The notes beneath the pieces are model-generated. The model ran no database searches, was not told where the DNA came from, and saw only the letters and a list, made by a program, of their open reading frames with translations. DNA of 64,000 bases from positions 64,001-128,000 of the forward strand of contig JAHLWS010000077.1 of assembly GCA_019057795.1 (NCBI GenBank), in the 5' to 3' direction. Numbering within the stretch: the first letter of the stretch is position 1; every line of letters begins with the position of its first letter. This document shows positions 38,425-47,817 of this stretch, in pieces. A program made the translations under genes and the position numbers. The DNA is from Promethearchaeota archaeon. GTDB lineage: Archaea; Asgardarchaeota; Lokiarchaeia; Sigyniarchaeales; SOKP01.

Positions 38425-39177
38425 ATGGCTAAAATTACTCGATCTTCGAAACATCTTTTTGCAAGTACCGCTCTTGTTTTAATCTTTATGGGAGGTTTCA
38501 CATCAAAAGTAATTGCTTTAGACTATAGTATTGGTTTTAGAGAAGATGATCAATTAATTTGGAAATGCAATGTATGTAATATTAACAAAATGAATGTGCT
38601 ATTTGGGGAGAGTTGGAGAGACGCGGGATTGTTTGAAAACCTAAGCCAAGGAAAAAGGATGAGATGGGATGTTAATACGATCGAAGAAAATTCCACAACA
38701 ATATTAACATCAGTTAACATATGGATGTGGAAAAACGAAGAGAGTTGGGGAACTCTTGACAATATAACAGAATCTTCATATTTAAAAAATCCAAGCCAAT
38801 ACCCCGCCAATTTTAATTTTTCAACTTATTTGCCTTTTGTGCCTTTTTGGTTACCCGTTCCGATTGGCGATTATTTAGGGGAAATGAAACTAAGTAATTT
38901 GTACGATGTTGATAATCGTGTTTTGCCAACTTTAAATGTTCAGGTTGAAAAAGACTATATAAAACCTAATACTCCCACTGAAAATGTTTATATAATCGCG
39001 GTCTATAACCTTAATGGGATATTAAGCTCTTATAAATTATATTTAACTGGTAATGTAGTCGTCATTGATATTTCACTTGATAGCATCCCTCTATTTGCAT
39101 TAATTTTCACAATAGGCTTAATTAGTGCATTTTTTATTGTTATTTATTTATATGTAAAGAGAAAACGAAATATATAA
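38425..39177 (+). CDS. secreted protein with signal peptide and C-terminal membrane anchor
   Basis: N-terminal hydrophobic signal ending VIA-LDY, N-x-S/T sequons, and a C-terminal TM followed by KRKR. Confidence 0.8.
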   Translation: MAKITRSSKHLFASTALVLIFMGGFTSKVIALDYSIGFREDDQLIWKCNVCNINKMNVLFGESWRDAGLFENLSQGKRMRWDVNTIEENSTTILTSVNIWMWKNEESWGTLDNITESSYLKNPSQYPANFNFSTYLPFVPFWLPVPIGDYLGEMKLSNLYDVDNRVLPTLNVQVEKDYIKPNTPTENVYIIAVYNLNGILSSYKLYLTGNVVVIDISLDSIPLFALIFTIGLISAFFIVIYLYVKRKRNI

Positions 39178-39205
39178 CCTTTTATCACTATTTATTAAGA
39201 TTAGC

Positions 39206-40486
39206 ATGGATTTTAAAGCACATTTTACTCAAGTTAAGAATCGCTCTGTAGAACTATGGAAATTTAAATTCTTCAGATATAGTATATTTCTTCATATGTT
39301 TTATTTTATATTTTCAATAATTATGACACTGTTCGTATTCAGAGCGCAAAGTGATTTCTATGTATATTATAAAGTTGGAGAAATTTTTGTTAACGACCCT
39401 GCTAACCTTTATAACCCTGCAAATTATGCCGACATTTGGCCTTTTAGATACCTCCCTCTTTCTGCCCTACTCTTTGTTCCTTTTTATTTATTGGGTTTTG
39501 AATTAGGATTTATTGTTTTTAATTTAATCAATTTAATTTTAAATGTTTTGATCTCTATTATTCTTTATAAATTAATACTCTTAATTAGAAGAGAAGATCA
39601 CGAGAAAGAAGAAAATAGAGTAATACTATACATTTGTCTTTACCTCATTGGATTACCGCAGGTATTTAATTACATATTAGGACAAATAAATTTATATGTT
39701 ACTCTACTTATTTTATTATCTCTGTTTATTTTTCTTAAATATAAGGATATCAAATGGCAATTTATCGCAAGTTTCTTATTAGGAATAAGTATTATAATTA
39801 AACCAACATCTATATTCATGATTCCCTTCTTGATTATGCTCAATTACGATTATAATAATAAAAAATTAAAACTTGATTTTACTAGAAGCTTTCTAAGATT
39901 AATAGGCGTTATATTGCCTTTGTCTTTAAACATTATCGTGTTTTTAATTTACCCGGGTTTGTTAAATGGGTTTTTAGAAACAAATTTTACCGGCTCTGAA
40001 ACAGTGCTTTTAAACCATTCTTTTAGTATTACAAAACTCATATCGAATTTCTTCTTATATATTGGGGTTCCCGCAACCGAATTACGCGTTTTACCTATTT
40101 TTTTAAGCGTTTTGCTCATTTTAGGAAGTATAAGTTTTATTTTCTATGTATTTAGAAGATTTTATCGAAATAGTTTAATTTATGGATACACATTCGGTAT
40201 TTTAATTATGTTCCTTGCTTACTTTGACTCATGGGACCATCATCTTCTCAATCTAACTCCACTTTTGGTTGTTATATTGTTTAATTTGCCAAGAAACTCA
40301 GATATAACCAGAAAGTATATTAAACCTAGTTTTTTCTTTTTGAGCTTCTTTGATTTGGCTTTTATGGGAATATTTTGGTTAACAAAGCTATTTTTTCCAT
40401 TTAATTTCGCTTCAACAATATTTTTAATTCTTATTTTTATAGGGATTAGCCAATATTGCTTAAAAAAGGAAAATGAAGAAAAATAA
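39206..40486 (+). CDS. GT87/DUF2029-like GT-C glycosyltransferase
   Basis: Polytopic membrane protein with DFYVYY, PFRYLP, GQIN, IKP and SWDHH motifs. Confidence 0.8.
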   Translation: MDFKAHFTQVKNRSVELWKFKFFRYSIFLHMFYFIFSIIMTLFVFRAQSDFYVYYKVGEIFVNDPANLYNPANYADIWPFRYLPLSALLFVPFYLLGFELGFIVFNLINLILNVLISIILYKLILLIRREDHEKEENRVILYICLYLIGLPQVFNYILGQINLYVTLLILLSLFIFLKYKDIKWQFIASFLLGISIIIKPTSIFMIPFLIMLNYDYNNKKLKLDFTRSFLRLIGVILPLSLNIIVFLIYPGLLNGFLETNFTGSETVLLNHSFSITKLISNFFLYIGVPATELRVLPIFLSVLLILGSISFIFYVFRRFYRNSLIYGYTFGILIMFLAYFDSWDHHLLNLTPLLVVILFNLPRNSDITRKYIKPSFFFLSFFDLAFMGIFWLTKLFFPFNFASTIFLILIFIGISQYCLKKENEEK

Positions 40487-40576
40487 TAAGGTAAAAGCTT
40501 AAATAATTTCAATTCTAAATTTTACATGTAATATTAAATAATATTAAACGAATCCAAAAGGCACTTTACTGAAAAA

Positions 40577-41281
40577 ATGGTGCAAGAATATTTTATTATT
40601 TTAATGCCAGCATTTTTATTAGGAATATTGCATACGCTAATTCCATGTGAAGATAAAGCTATCTTCTTTTTTTGGTCGTTTGGAATAGCAAAGACTCCAA
40701 AAAAGAGTATTTACATATTGATGCTCTATGGATTGGGATTAATTACTTCCAATATGATTATAGCGTCAGTAACGGTTTTTATCACTCAAATCCCAAGATT
40801 TATTATACCCAATTTTACACCCGACCCTATAGTTATTAATTTCTTTGGAGCGTTCACATCTATGTTTGCCGGGATATTTTTTTTCTTGTTCGTTACAAAA
40901 CGGGACTATTTACCTCATTCTAAATATTTTAAGGACATTCCAAGTTTAGATTGGGAATTAAAGAAAACGCCTTATGTTTTTGGAATCATAGCAGGATTTG
41001 CTCCTTGTATATTTGAATTAATGTTATATTCTCAAGCTTTTCAATTATCTCTTGGATATGGATTTATAGAAGGTCTATTGGTAGTATTTTATTTCTCTTT
41101 AGGCACTTTTGTGGGATTATTTCCACTTGCTTTAGCTAAACAAGGTACTGCGCTTATTGTTAAGCCAACCAAGAGCAGAAAGAACACAATTTATTACCTT
41201 ATGCTCCTAATAATTATACTTTTTAATGTAGCGGTTATGGTGCTATCGCTTTTAGGAGTTTCTGTATTTCCAATCTTATAA
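40577..41281 (+). CDS. NiCoT/UreH/DsbD_2-like membrane transporter
   Basis: LGILHTLIPCEDK in TM1, FGIIAGFAPC and FSLGT; about 6 TMs. Confidence 0.65.
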   Translation: MVQEYFIILMPAFLLGILHTLIPCEDKAIFFFWSFGIAKTPKKSIYILMLYGLGLITSNMIIASVTVFITQIPRFIIPNFTPDPIVINFFGAFTSMFAGIFFFLFVTKRDYLPHSKYFKDIPSLDWELKKTPYVFGIIAGFAPCIFELMLYSQAFQLSLGYGFIEGLLVVFYFSLGTFVGLFPLALAKQGTALIVKPTKSRKNTIYYLMLLIIILFNVAVMVLSLLGVSVFPIL

Positions 41282-41445
41282 GTATAGTTTTTTTTATTTT
41301 GATTCAAAAAATTAAAAACTAATCAATAATTCAAAAAAATCAATAAATCAATAGTTGGTCTCATAAAATAATTTATATCTGTATTTTTATATATATTATA
41401 AACTAATCTATATCTTTCAACAATTATGGAGATAATTATCAGATA

Positions 41446-43815
41446 ATGGAATGCAAATTCTGCGAGAGTCAAAACATTTCTTTTACCTGTGAGAAATGCA
41501 AATCAAGTTTTTGCATCCATCATATGGCTACAACAGAAAGTTGGCTTTGTAAAAAACATGGAATACTCTATTCAAAAGCAAGCGCTGCTGAAAAGTATTA
41601 TAAATGTACCGTTATTGAAAATAGTAAGTGCCCTGAGTGCGAAGCGTTTTTAAGGTTAGAGAGACTGTCGTCTGGTCAATATTATTTAGAGTGCACTGAT
41701 GAAACTTGTGCCTGGAACTCCTACTTAAAGTCCCCTGGTTTATTTTTTCCGACTAAAGAACAACTAGCAAGAGAAGCAACTAAGTATAATTTAATAAAAG
41801 GATATCGGTTAAATTTATGTCGTAGGTCTTTAAAAAGGATAATCGGAAAAAATGTTTGTCCTAATTGCTTTTTAGAATTTTTAAAGAGATCGACAATCGC
41901 TAACTTCTCTACGATTATGGAGTCTTTTAATATATCCGCCCAACAAATGATAAAATTAATTAATCAATACATCGACGAGGAGCGTATCTACGGCATACTC
42001 GATCAGAAGGACCAAATGTTTTATTACATTTCGTACGAGATGAGAGAAAAAATCCTTTCAAAAATACAAAACGAGGGTATTTTGAAAGTAGCTGATTTAG
42101 CCACCATGCTTGACATGAGTTCTGAAATAGCCATTAAAGTTATATATAAATTAATAAGTCAATTTCAGATAAAAGGTTCCTTTTCACAAACTAAGAAATT
42201 TTATTATACTCAAAGATATATTATGGACCATTTAATTAAAGAAATAAATAAACAGGGAAGAATTTCATTAGATAAACTTGCGAAAGTTTTTGATATACCA
42301 AAGGAACTGTCGAAATCGTTTTGCGTCAATTTAATGAGAACTAATGCCGTTACCGCATTTTTTGCGGATCGTGGCAATGAAATTATTACTTCTGATAAAA
42401 TTTATAAAGAAATCAAAGATTTTTCTAAAGAAAACGGATTGTTTGAATTAACTAAGCTTGCAAAAAAGTTAAAAATCGCAGAAGAACTAGCAAGGAAATC
42501 ACTCCACGACCTTATCAAATCGGGTTCGATAAAAGGAATTTTCACTCAAAGAAGAGAATTTATGACGCGAAAATACCTTGAAGATAAAATAAAAGAACTA
42601 GCAAGAGCATATAGAACTATGCCTTTGAGAGAATTATCGAATCGATTGGGGGTTACTGAATCCAGTATAGAAGAAAATCTAGCTCAATTAATTGGAAGGG
42701 GCGACATTGATGGTTACATTGACATGCACAAGAGAATTTTTATGGCTTATAGTGTCCCCCGAACACAAGCAGGATCAACTCGTACGAAACAGAAAAAGCC
42801 CCAACCAATTGACGAGGGTAAAATTGAGGTTGTAAGGGATTACGATTTTGAAGGTGGACAGTTACATTTCAAAGTAGCCGTTAGGAATAAGAGCAATATG
42901 GCAATAAATAATGTTAAAATTCTATTGGACGCACCCTCAAGTTATAAGATAAAACAACCATTAATCAACGTTCCAGTAATCGAGTCCAAGAATTCTAGGG
43001 GTGTAGATTTTTATTTAGAGCCTAAGCAATGCGGTGTGTCGAATATTAGTGGTACAGTTATTTATCGAACAGCTTCAGGAACTAAAAAAACAATCAACAT
43101 ACGGAAAATGGAAGTTCAAATCAAATGTCCCTTGGTTTGCACTTCTATGAGTACAATAGAGGATTGTCAAGTCGCTATACAAACGCTTGGAAATGATGCA
43201 CGGGCGTTTTTAATTGCCGACTTAGACCCGCGATTAGCTTATAGAGCTGCCATAAGAACTCTGAAAAACTTTGATACAAGCGCTGTTACTTCCCATGAAA
43301 GTTCAGATGCTACAGGAAATTACGAAGGGGAGGCGTGGTTTTGTTCGGAAGCAAAAACTACTGGAGGGAGAATTATAACGAGAATTTACGTTAACGAGAC
43401 GAGTCAATCGTTAGAAGTTAGGGTCTGGTGTGGAAACCCAGGACAACTTACAGGATTTTTAGCAAAAATTATCGAAATTCTCTTTGAGGAAATTAATATC
43501 ATTCGGAAGATTAAGTCAGAAGAAAGGGAGAAAACCATTGATATTATGGCAATCACTCAAAACTTAGCAGAAGTCAGCGATTATTGTATGCTTAGATGGA
43601 AAGCACAGAACATAAGAAATAAACTACATGATACTTTTATTCGATTACGTAAAGTAATAGGAGACAAAGAGGCGATCTTAGGTAGAATTGAATTTTGGTT
43701 GACGCAGTTGAATAAGTACGGCAAAGACGATAAAATTAGCGATGAGGACGCCGATAAACTAGTGAACGATGTAGAAAAATTTAAAAATGTCATTGCTCGA
43801 GCCATAAGATTGTAA
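41446..43815 (+). CDS. Zn-finger + tandem PCI/winged-helix + adaptin-appendage-like protein
   Basis: Cys/His-rich N-terminus (CKFC..CEKC..CIHH, CPEC, CPNC), five ~60-aa wHTH repeats, then an Ig-like ear (FKVAVRNKSNMAINNVKI) and a platform-like domain. Confidence 0.7.
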   Translation: MECKFCESQNISFTCEKCKSSFCIHHMATTESWLCKKHGILYSKASAAEKYYKCTVIENSKCPECEAFLRLERLSSGQYYLECTDETCAWNSYLKSPGLFFPTKEQLAREATKYNLIKGYRLNLCRRSLKRIIGKNVCPNCFLEFLKRSTIANFSTIMESFNISAQQMIKLINQYIDEERIYGILDQKDQMFYYISYEMREKILSKIQNEGILKVADLATMLDMSSEIAIKVIYKLISQFQIKGSFSQTKKFYYTQRYIMDHLIKEINKQGRISLDKLAKVFDIPKELSKSFCVNLMRTNAVTAFFADRGNEIITSDKIYKEIKDFSKENGLFELTKLAKKLKIAEELARKSLHDLIKSGSIKGIFTQRREFMTRKYLEDKIKELARAYRTMPLRELSNRLGVTESSIEENLAQLIGRGDIDGYIDMHKRIFMAYSVPRTQAGSTRTKQKKPQPIDEGKIEVVRDYDFEGGQLHFKVAVRNKSNMAINNVKILLDAPSSYKIKQPLINVPVIESKNSRGVDFYLEPKQCGVSNISGTVIYRTASGTKKTINIRKMEVQIKCPLVCTSMSTIEDCQVAIQTLGNDARAFLIADLDPRLAYRAAIRTLKNFDTSAVTSHESSDATGNYEGEAWFCSEAKTTGGRIITRIYVNETSQSLEVRVWCGNPGQLTGFLAKIIEILFEEINIIRKIKSEEREKTIDIMAITQNLAEVSDYCMLRWKAQNIRNKLHDTFIRLRKVIGDKEAILGRIEFWLTQLNKYGKDDKISDEDADKLVNDVEKFKNVIARAIRL

Positions 43816-43901
43816 TTATTTTTTATAAAAACATTTATAAGTGTTATGACAAATTTATATTATTAAGATAGAAGAAGAGTTTAAATAATAAGTGGAAAAT
43901 T

Positions 43902-44327
43902 ATGCCAATAATTTCATTCTCAATAAATGAAAACCTAAAGCAGTTTATTAATAAATTAGTATCTAAAAATCAATATGAAAACAAATCTAAATTAATAAGA
44001 GATGCTTTATTAAGGTTAATGTCAGATATAGAGGTCTCAAATTTAGAGTCGTACGGAGAATCCTACGGAGAAACAATTCCAACTACCAAAAAAATTGTTG
44101 GAAATATGATAATTGTAGCTCCTCACGATCCGAATATTCAGAGAAAATTAAATAAGATAGAGAGTAGATATAACGAGCAAATATTAAATAAGAATCAACA
44201 TTTTCAAGGGGAAAATCTAATTATTTTTATGATTTTTGAAGGGACAGTACAAGAATTTCAAAATATTGTAGTTGATGTAAATGGAATTAAAGAACTTAAG
44301 AATTTCCGTTATTTGATTATAAATTAG
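43902..44327 (+). CDS. CopG/NikR-like ribbon-helix-helix regulator with ACT-like C-terminus
   Basis: PIISFSINENL...YENKSKLIRDAL fits RHH. The NikR His/Cys nickel ligands are largely missing. Confidence 0.8.
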   Translation: MPIISFSINENLKQFINKLVSKNQYENKSKLIRDALLRLMSDIEVSNLESYGESYGETIPTTKKIVGNMIIVAPHDPNIQRKLNKIESRYNEQILNKNQHFQGENLIIFMIFEGTVQEFQNIVVDVNGIKELKNFRYLIIN

Positions 44328-44513
44328 TCTAAATTAAAGCATTTTATTATTATACTCCTTTTCAATATTCCATTCTCCTATTTTTACAATTACACTACAA
44401 CATTCCTATAACTTTATTTAAAACTTATCAAGGTGTAGGCGTAACTTTAATAAATATATCTAATTTAAATCAGTAATTTGATGCTTTATTTTAGCAAAAT
44501 TTAAACGAGAAAA

Positions 44514-45632
44514 ATGATTGAAAAAGAAGATAATATATACCGAAAGCTGCAACAGCAATTAGATACTTTACCCATAGGCTTTCCTGCGACTAAATCAGGT
44601 GTAGAAATTCGATTGTTAAAATTTTTCTTTACTCCTGAAGAAGCAGAAATTGCTTTTAACTTGCGATTTATCCCCGAACCCGTGAAAAAGATTTATCGCA
44701 GGGTTAAAAAAAAAGTAAAATCCATAGAGGAACTTGAGCTAATCTTAGACAAAATGTATCACAAGGGTGCTATTAATTTAAAAAAACTGGTGGATGAAAA
44801 TGGGGAAGAGATACGATATCATCTCGCCTTTTTAGCAGTAGGCATGTATGAGTATCAAGTAAAGTCGATTACAAAAGAATTTTACGAAGATATCGAGCAA
44901 TACTTTGAAGAGGAATACCGAGATGAAATCGTAAGCACTAAAATCAACCAATTACGAACAATTCCAGTTGAAGAAAGCATTACGCCAGAACACAATATTG
45001 CCACATACGACGAACTAAAAACTATAATTGAAAGTACCGAGAAGATTGCTATAATGGATTGCATATGCCAAAAAGGAAAAGATCTAATCGGCGAATCGTG
45101 TAAACAGACGAATATGCGCGAGCACTGTTTCGCACTAAATAATTCTGCTCAACATGTTGTAGACATAGATAACGGAAGATTTATAACAAATGATGAAGCT
45201 TTAAATATACTTAAAAAAGCACAAGAAGAAGGTTTAATTCTTCAACCTGGAAACGCTCAAGAGCCTAATTTCATTTGTTGTTGTTGTGGATGTTGTTGCG
45301 ATCTTATAACAAATTTAAAGAAAATTGAGCGTCCTTGGGAAATGTTTTATTCTAATTATTACGCTAAGGTTGATTCAGACTCATGTATCGGCTGTGAAAC
45401 CTGTTTAAATCGATGTCAGATGGATGCTATTTCGATGGTTGAGAGTATAGCTGTTGTTGAACAAAAGTTATGTATAGGGTGTGGTAATTGCGTAACCACT
45501 TGCCCAGAACAAGCAATAACGCTCAAAAGGAAAGATAAGGAGTTGATACCACCCAAAACTACAACAGATTTATACTTAAAAATGATGGTTAAAAAAGCAG
45601 AATTAAGGCGCGCAGAAAAAGGCACAACATAA
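44514..45632 (+). CDS. 4Fe-4S dicluster domain protein with N-terminal wHTH-like region
   Basis: CIGCETCLNRC and CIGCGNCVTTCP ferredoxin motifs, plus ICCCCGCCC and DCIC clusters. Confidence 0.85.
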   Translation: MIEKEDNIYRKLQQQLDTLPIGFPATKSGVEIRLLKFFFTPEEAEIAFNLRFIPEPVKKIYRRVKKKVKSIEELELILDKMYHKGAINLKKLVDENGEEIRYHLAFLAVGMYEYQVKSITKEFYEDIEQYFEEEYRDEIVSTKINQLRTIPVEESITPEHNIATYDELKTIIESTEKIAIMDCICQKGKDLIGESCKQTNMREHCFALNNSAQHVVDIDNGRFITNDEALNILKKAQEEGLILQPGNAQEPNFICCCCGCCCDLITNLKKIERPWEMFYSNYYAKVDSDSCIGCETCLNRCQMDAISMVESIAVVEQKLCIGCGNCVTTCPEQAITLKRKDKELIPPKTTTDLYLKMMVKKAELRRAEKGTT

Positions 45633-45656
45633 AATATTTAATAGAGGTGAAAATTA

Positions 45657-46022
45657 ATGGGAAAAGGTGGTAAATATGGAAAAGGATATCAAAAAAAAGG
45701 TCAAAGTTCGAAAGGTTCAGGAAAAGGTGCTGGAGGAGCACCCATTCGCGGAGGAAAAATCAAAGCAAGTCATATTTTGGTTGACAAATTTAGTAGAGCC
45801 CAAGAATTACGTGAAGACATACAAGCAGGAGAGAAATTTGAAAGCTTGGCGCAAAAATTTTCTACTTGTCCAAGTAAAAAAAAGAGTGGCAATCTAGGAG
45901 ATTTCTCTAAGGGTGATATGGTTCCAGAGTTCTGGAACGCGTGTATGAAGCTAAAAATTGGTGAAATTTCTCAGCCAGTTAAAACTAAATATGGATATCA
46001 TATAATAAAAAGAACGGGTTAA
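45657..46022 (+). CDS. parvulin-type peptidyl-prolyl isomerase with basic Gly/Lys N-terminal tail
   Basis: ASHILV, FESLAQKFSTCPS, GNLG.F, MVPEF and ISQPVKTKYGYHII motifs. Confidence 0.92.
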   Translation: MGKGGKYGKGYQKKGQSSKGSGKGAGGAPIRGGKIKASHILVDKFSRAQELREDIQAGEKFESLAQKFSTCPSKKKSGNLGDFSKGDMVPEFWNACMKLKIGEISQPVKTKYGYHIIKRTG

Positions 46023-46033
46023 AAAAGAATAAA

Positions 46034-46135
46034 TAGCCCAGCACGGAATTCCGATTCACGAGAAATTCGTTAATTTTTCGAACCGTGGTCGCAGGGTTCA
46101 GGGCCCCATATGCTTGACCTCTACACCACTGGGCT
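46034..46135 (-). tRNA. tRNA-Gln(CTG) with a 29-nt intron at 59/60 (46048-46076)
   Basis: Manual fold: AGCCCAG/CTGGGCT acceptor, TGGGG-CCCTGAA-CCCTG anticodon arm, CACGG/CCGTG T stem. The T loop TTCGAA^T is interrupted by an intron with a TTCG/CGGA central helix and AAA/ATT bulges. Confidence 0.9.
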
Positions 46136-46238
46136 TTAATAAAATAAAGATTTGATAAATTATAATATATTTTCTGTAAAAAATTTTATTATTTTGAATA
46201 AAGATAGATTTTTATATCTCTATAACCTTATAATTTAT

Positions 46239-46388
46239 TGGATTACACAGTTTCTTAAATGGAGGATGCTAAAAAAAAACTTGTTTTTCTTAATACTCTT
46301 CTAACTGAGGGGTATTAAAACCCGTGACTGAAAAAAACAAAACCCCGTATAAACTTAAAAAAAAATTTGCTTCTCCATGTGTAATCCA
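46239..46388. other. 150-bp intergenic element with 11-bp terminal inverted repeats
   Basis: TGGATTACACA (46239-46249) pairs with TGTGTAATCCA (46378-46388); an inner TGGAGGA/TTCTCCA pairing is also possible. Confidence 0.5.
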
Positions 46389-46582
46389 CTTTGTTTCATT
46401 AAAAAGTTAATATAATATCTTAGTAATTTTTATAAGATTAAAATTAAGAATTAGAAATGAGTTGAAACTGCTGAATAGTTAAGGATTTATTAATGCTTAA
46501 GATTGTATTTTCTAAAAATCTCGTAAAAATTGAGTGCTTTACACATGAATAAGATAAGTTCTATTACGCGTAAAGGTTCTAC

Positions 46583-46858
46583 TTAAATATTTGACATAGA
46601 AATTAGTGATTGAAATTTTTTCAATTTATCAAACAAGATTTCTATAATAATATCTGTTTTTTTAATTTCTAATTTTACTAACCTTTTTTTTAAAGAACTA
46701 TCAATAACGAGCTTAAAATCTTTATAATGAACTTGATCAAGAGGTTTAAATGGTCCTAATTCCTCTTTAATTGCCAATTTTATCAACCCACGAGCTGCTG
46801 GAGGGCTGATATTAATTAAACTTGAAAGATATTCTCCTAAATAATTAATTATTTCCAT
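46583..46858 (-). CDS. small helical protein coupled to the upstream 7TM gene
   Basis: 91 aa; its start overlaps the end of 46845-47657 and is preceded by GGAGG. Confidence 0.75.
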   Translation of the reverse strand: MEIINYLGEYLSSLINISPPAARGLIKLAIKEELGPFKPLDQVHYKDFKLVIDSSLKKRLVKLEIKKTDIIIEILFDKLKKFQSLISMSNI

Positions 46859-47657
46859 TAGGACCTCCTTTCAATAATTGTAATTTTATTTGCGCCATTA
46901 ATTCGTCTTCAGATAATTCTTCGTCTTCAGTTTTAGAATAATCCCGATTGAAATAACTTTTTAACTTTTTAGGCATAACCCAGGCTATCAAACTCAAAAT
47001 AGCAAATATAATATTAAAGATTGTAATTATTATTGTTAATGTAGCCATTAAAGGAGATTCAAAACTAACTCTATAAGGCATTAAAATATTAGGGATATTT
47101 TGTGCTATTAAGAAGATCGCTGAAATTCCAACTATAAGATATCTCTTTTTTACCCATGGACTTATTTCACTCTTTTTAATTTTATAATACGCTGATAAAG
47201 ATGCGAATGAAAGCCAAAAACTTGAGATAAAAATCATGTAGGTTGCTAATCCTTTGACGATGTAGTACAATTCGGCAGATAACTCGAAATCAGTTATCGC
47301 ATATGCTATAATATAGAAAATTTTAGCTATTATTGCTGAAGATAGAACAAAAGAAAAAGCACTTCTACGTTCAGTATAAAAAGTAGATTTTACGAAAAAT
47401 ATTAATGCAAAGTGACCTGTTAAATTGAAAATATAATAAATCCATGAAATTAAGTTTACGCCAACAGTTGGTCTTCCAGCAGCAAAGACCATTCGCATTA
47501 TAAATTCAATAACTGTGAAAAAAAAATAAAAACTCAGCCAATATATGTTAGATAAACCGGTTCTTCTAATTCTTATTAGTAGATATGAGCCGATAAAAAA
47601 ATTCATTGAAAATAAAAAAGCTCCCATCAAATAAATGATAATTTGAGCATCCACCAT
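46845..47657 (-). CDS. 7-TM integral membrane protein (putative sensor)
   Basis: Seven hydrophobic segments followed by an acidic tail (TEDEELSEDEL); no catalytic domain. Confidence 0.75.
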   Translation of the reverse strand: MVDAQIIIYLMGAFLFSMNFFIGSYLLIRIRRTGLSNIYWLSFYFFFTVIEFIMRMVFAAGRPTVGVNLISWIYYIFNLTGHFALIFFVKSTFYTERRSAFSFVLSSAIIAKIFYIIAYAITDFELSAELYYIVKGLATYMIFISSFWLSFASLSAYYKIKKSEISPWVKKRYLIVGISAIFLIAQNIPNILMPYRVSFESPLMATLTIIITIFNIIFAILSLIAWVMPKKLKSYFNRDYSKTEDEELSEDELMAQIKLQLLKGGPNGNN

Positions 47658-47817
47658 AATAATTTCCTTAACACAGTAATTAAAGTAATAATAATGTGAT
47701 AGTAATTATTAATAAACTTTCTCTTTGTATAGTTAAGCCTTCTGTATGGGATTTTTAAATACTACATAATGTATCTGTTAAAACTAGTGAATAAATCTCA
47801 ATTGAAATGGATTCTCT

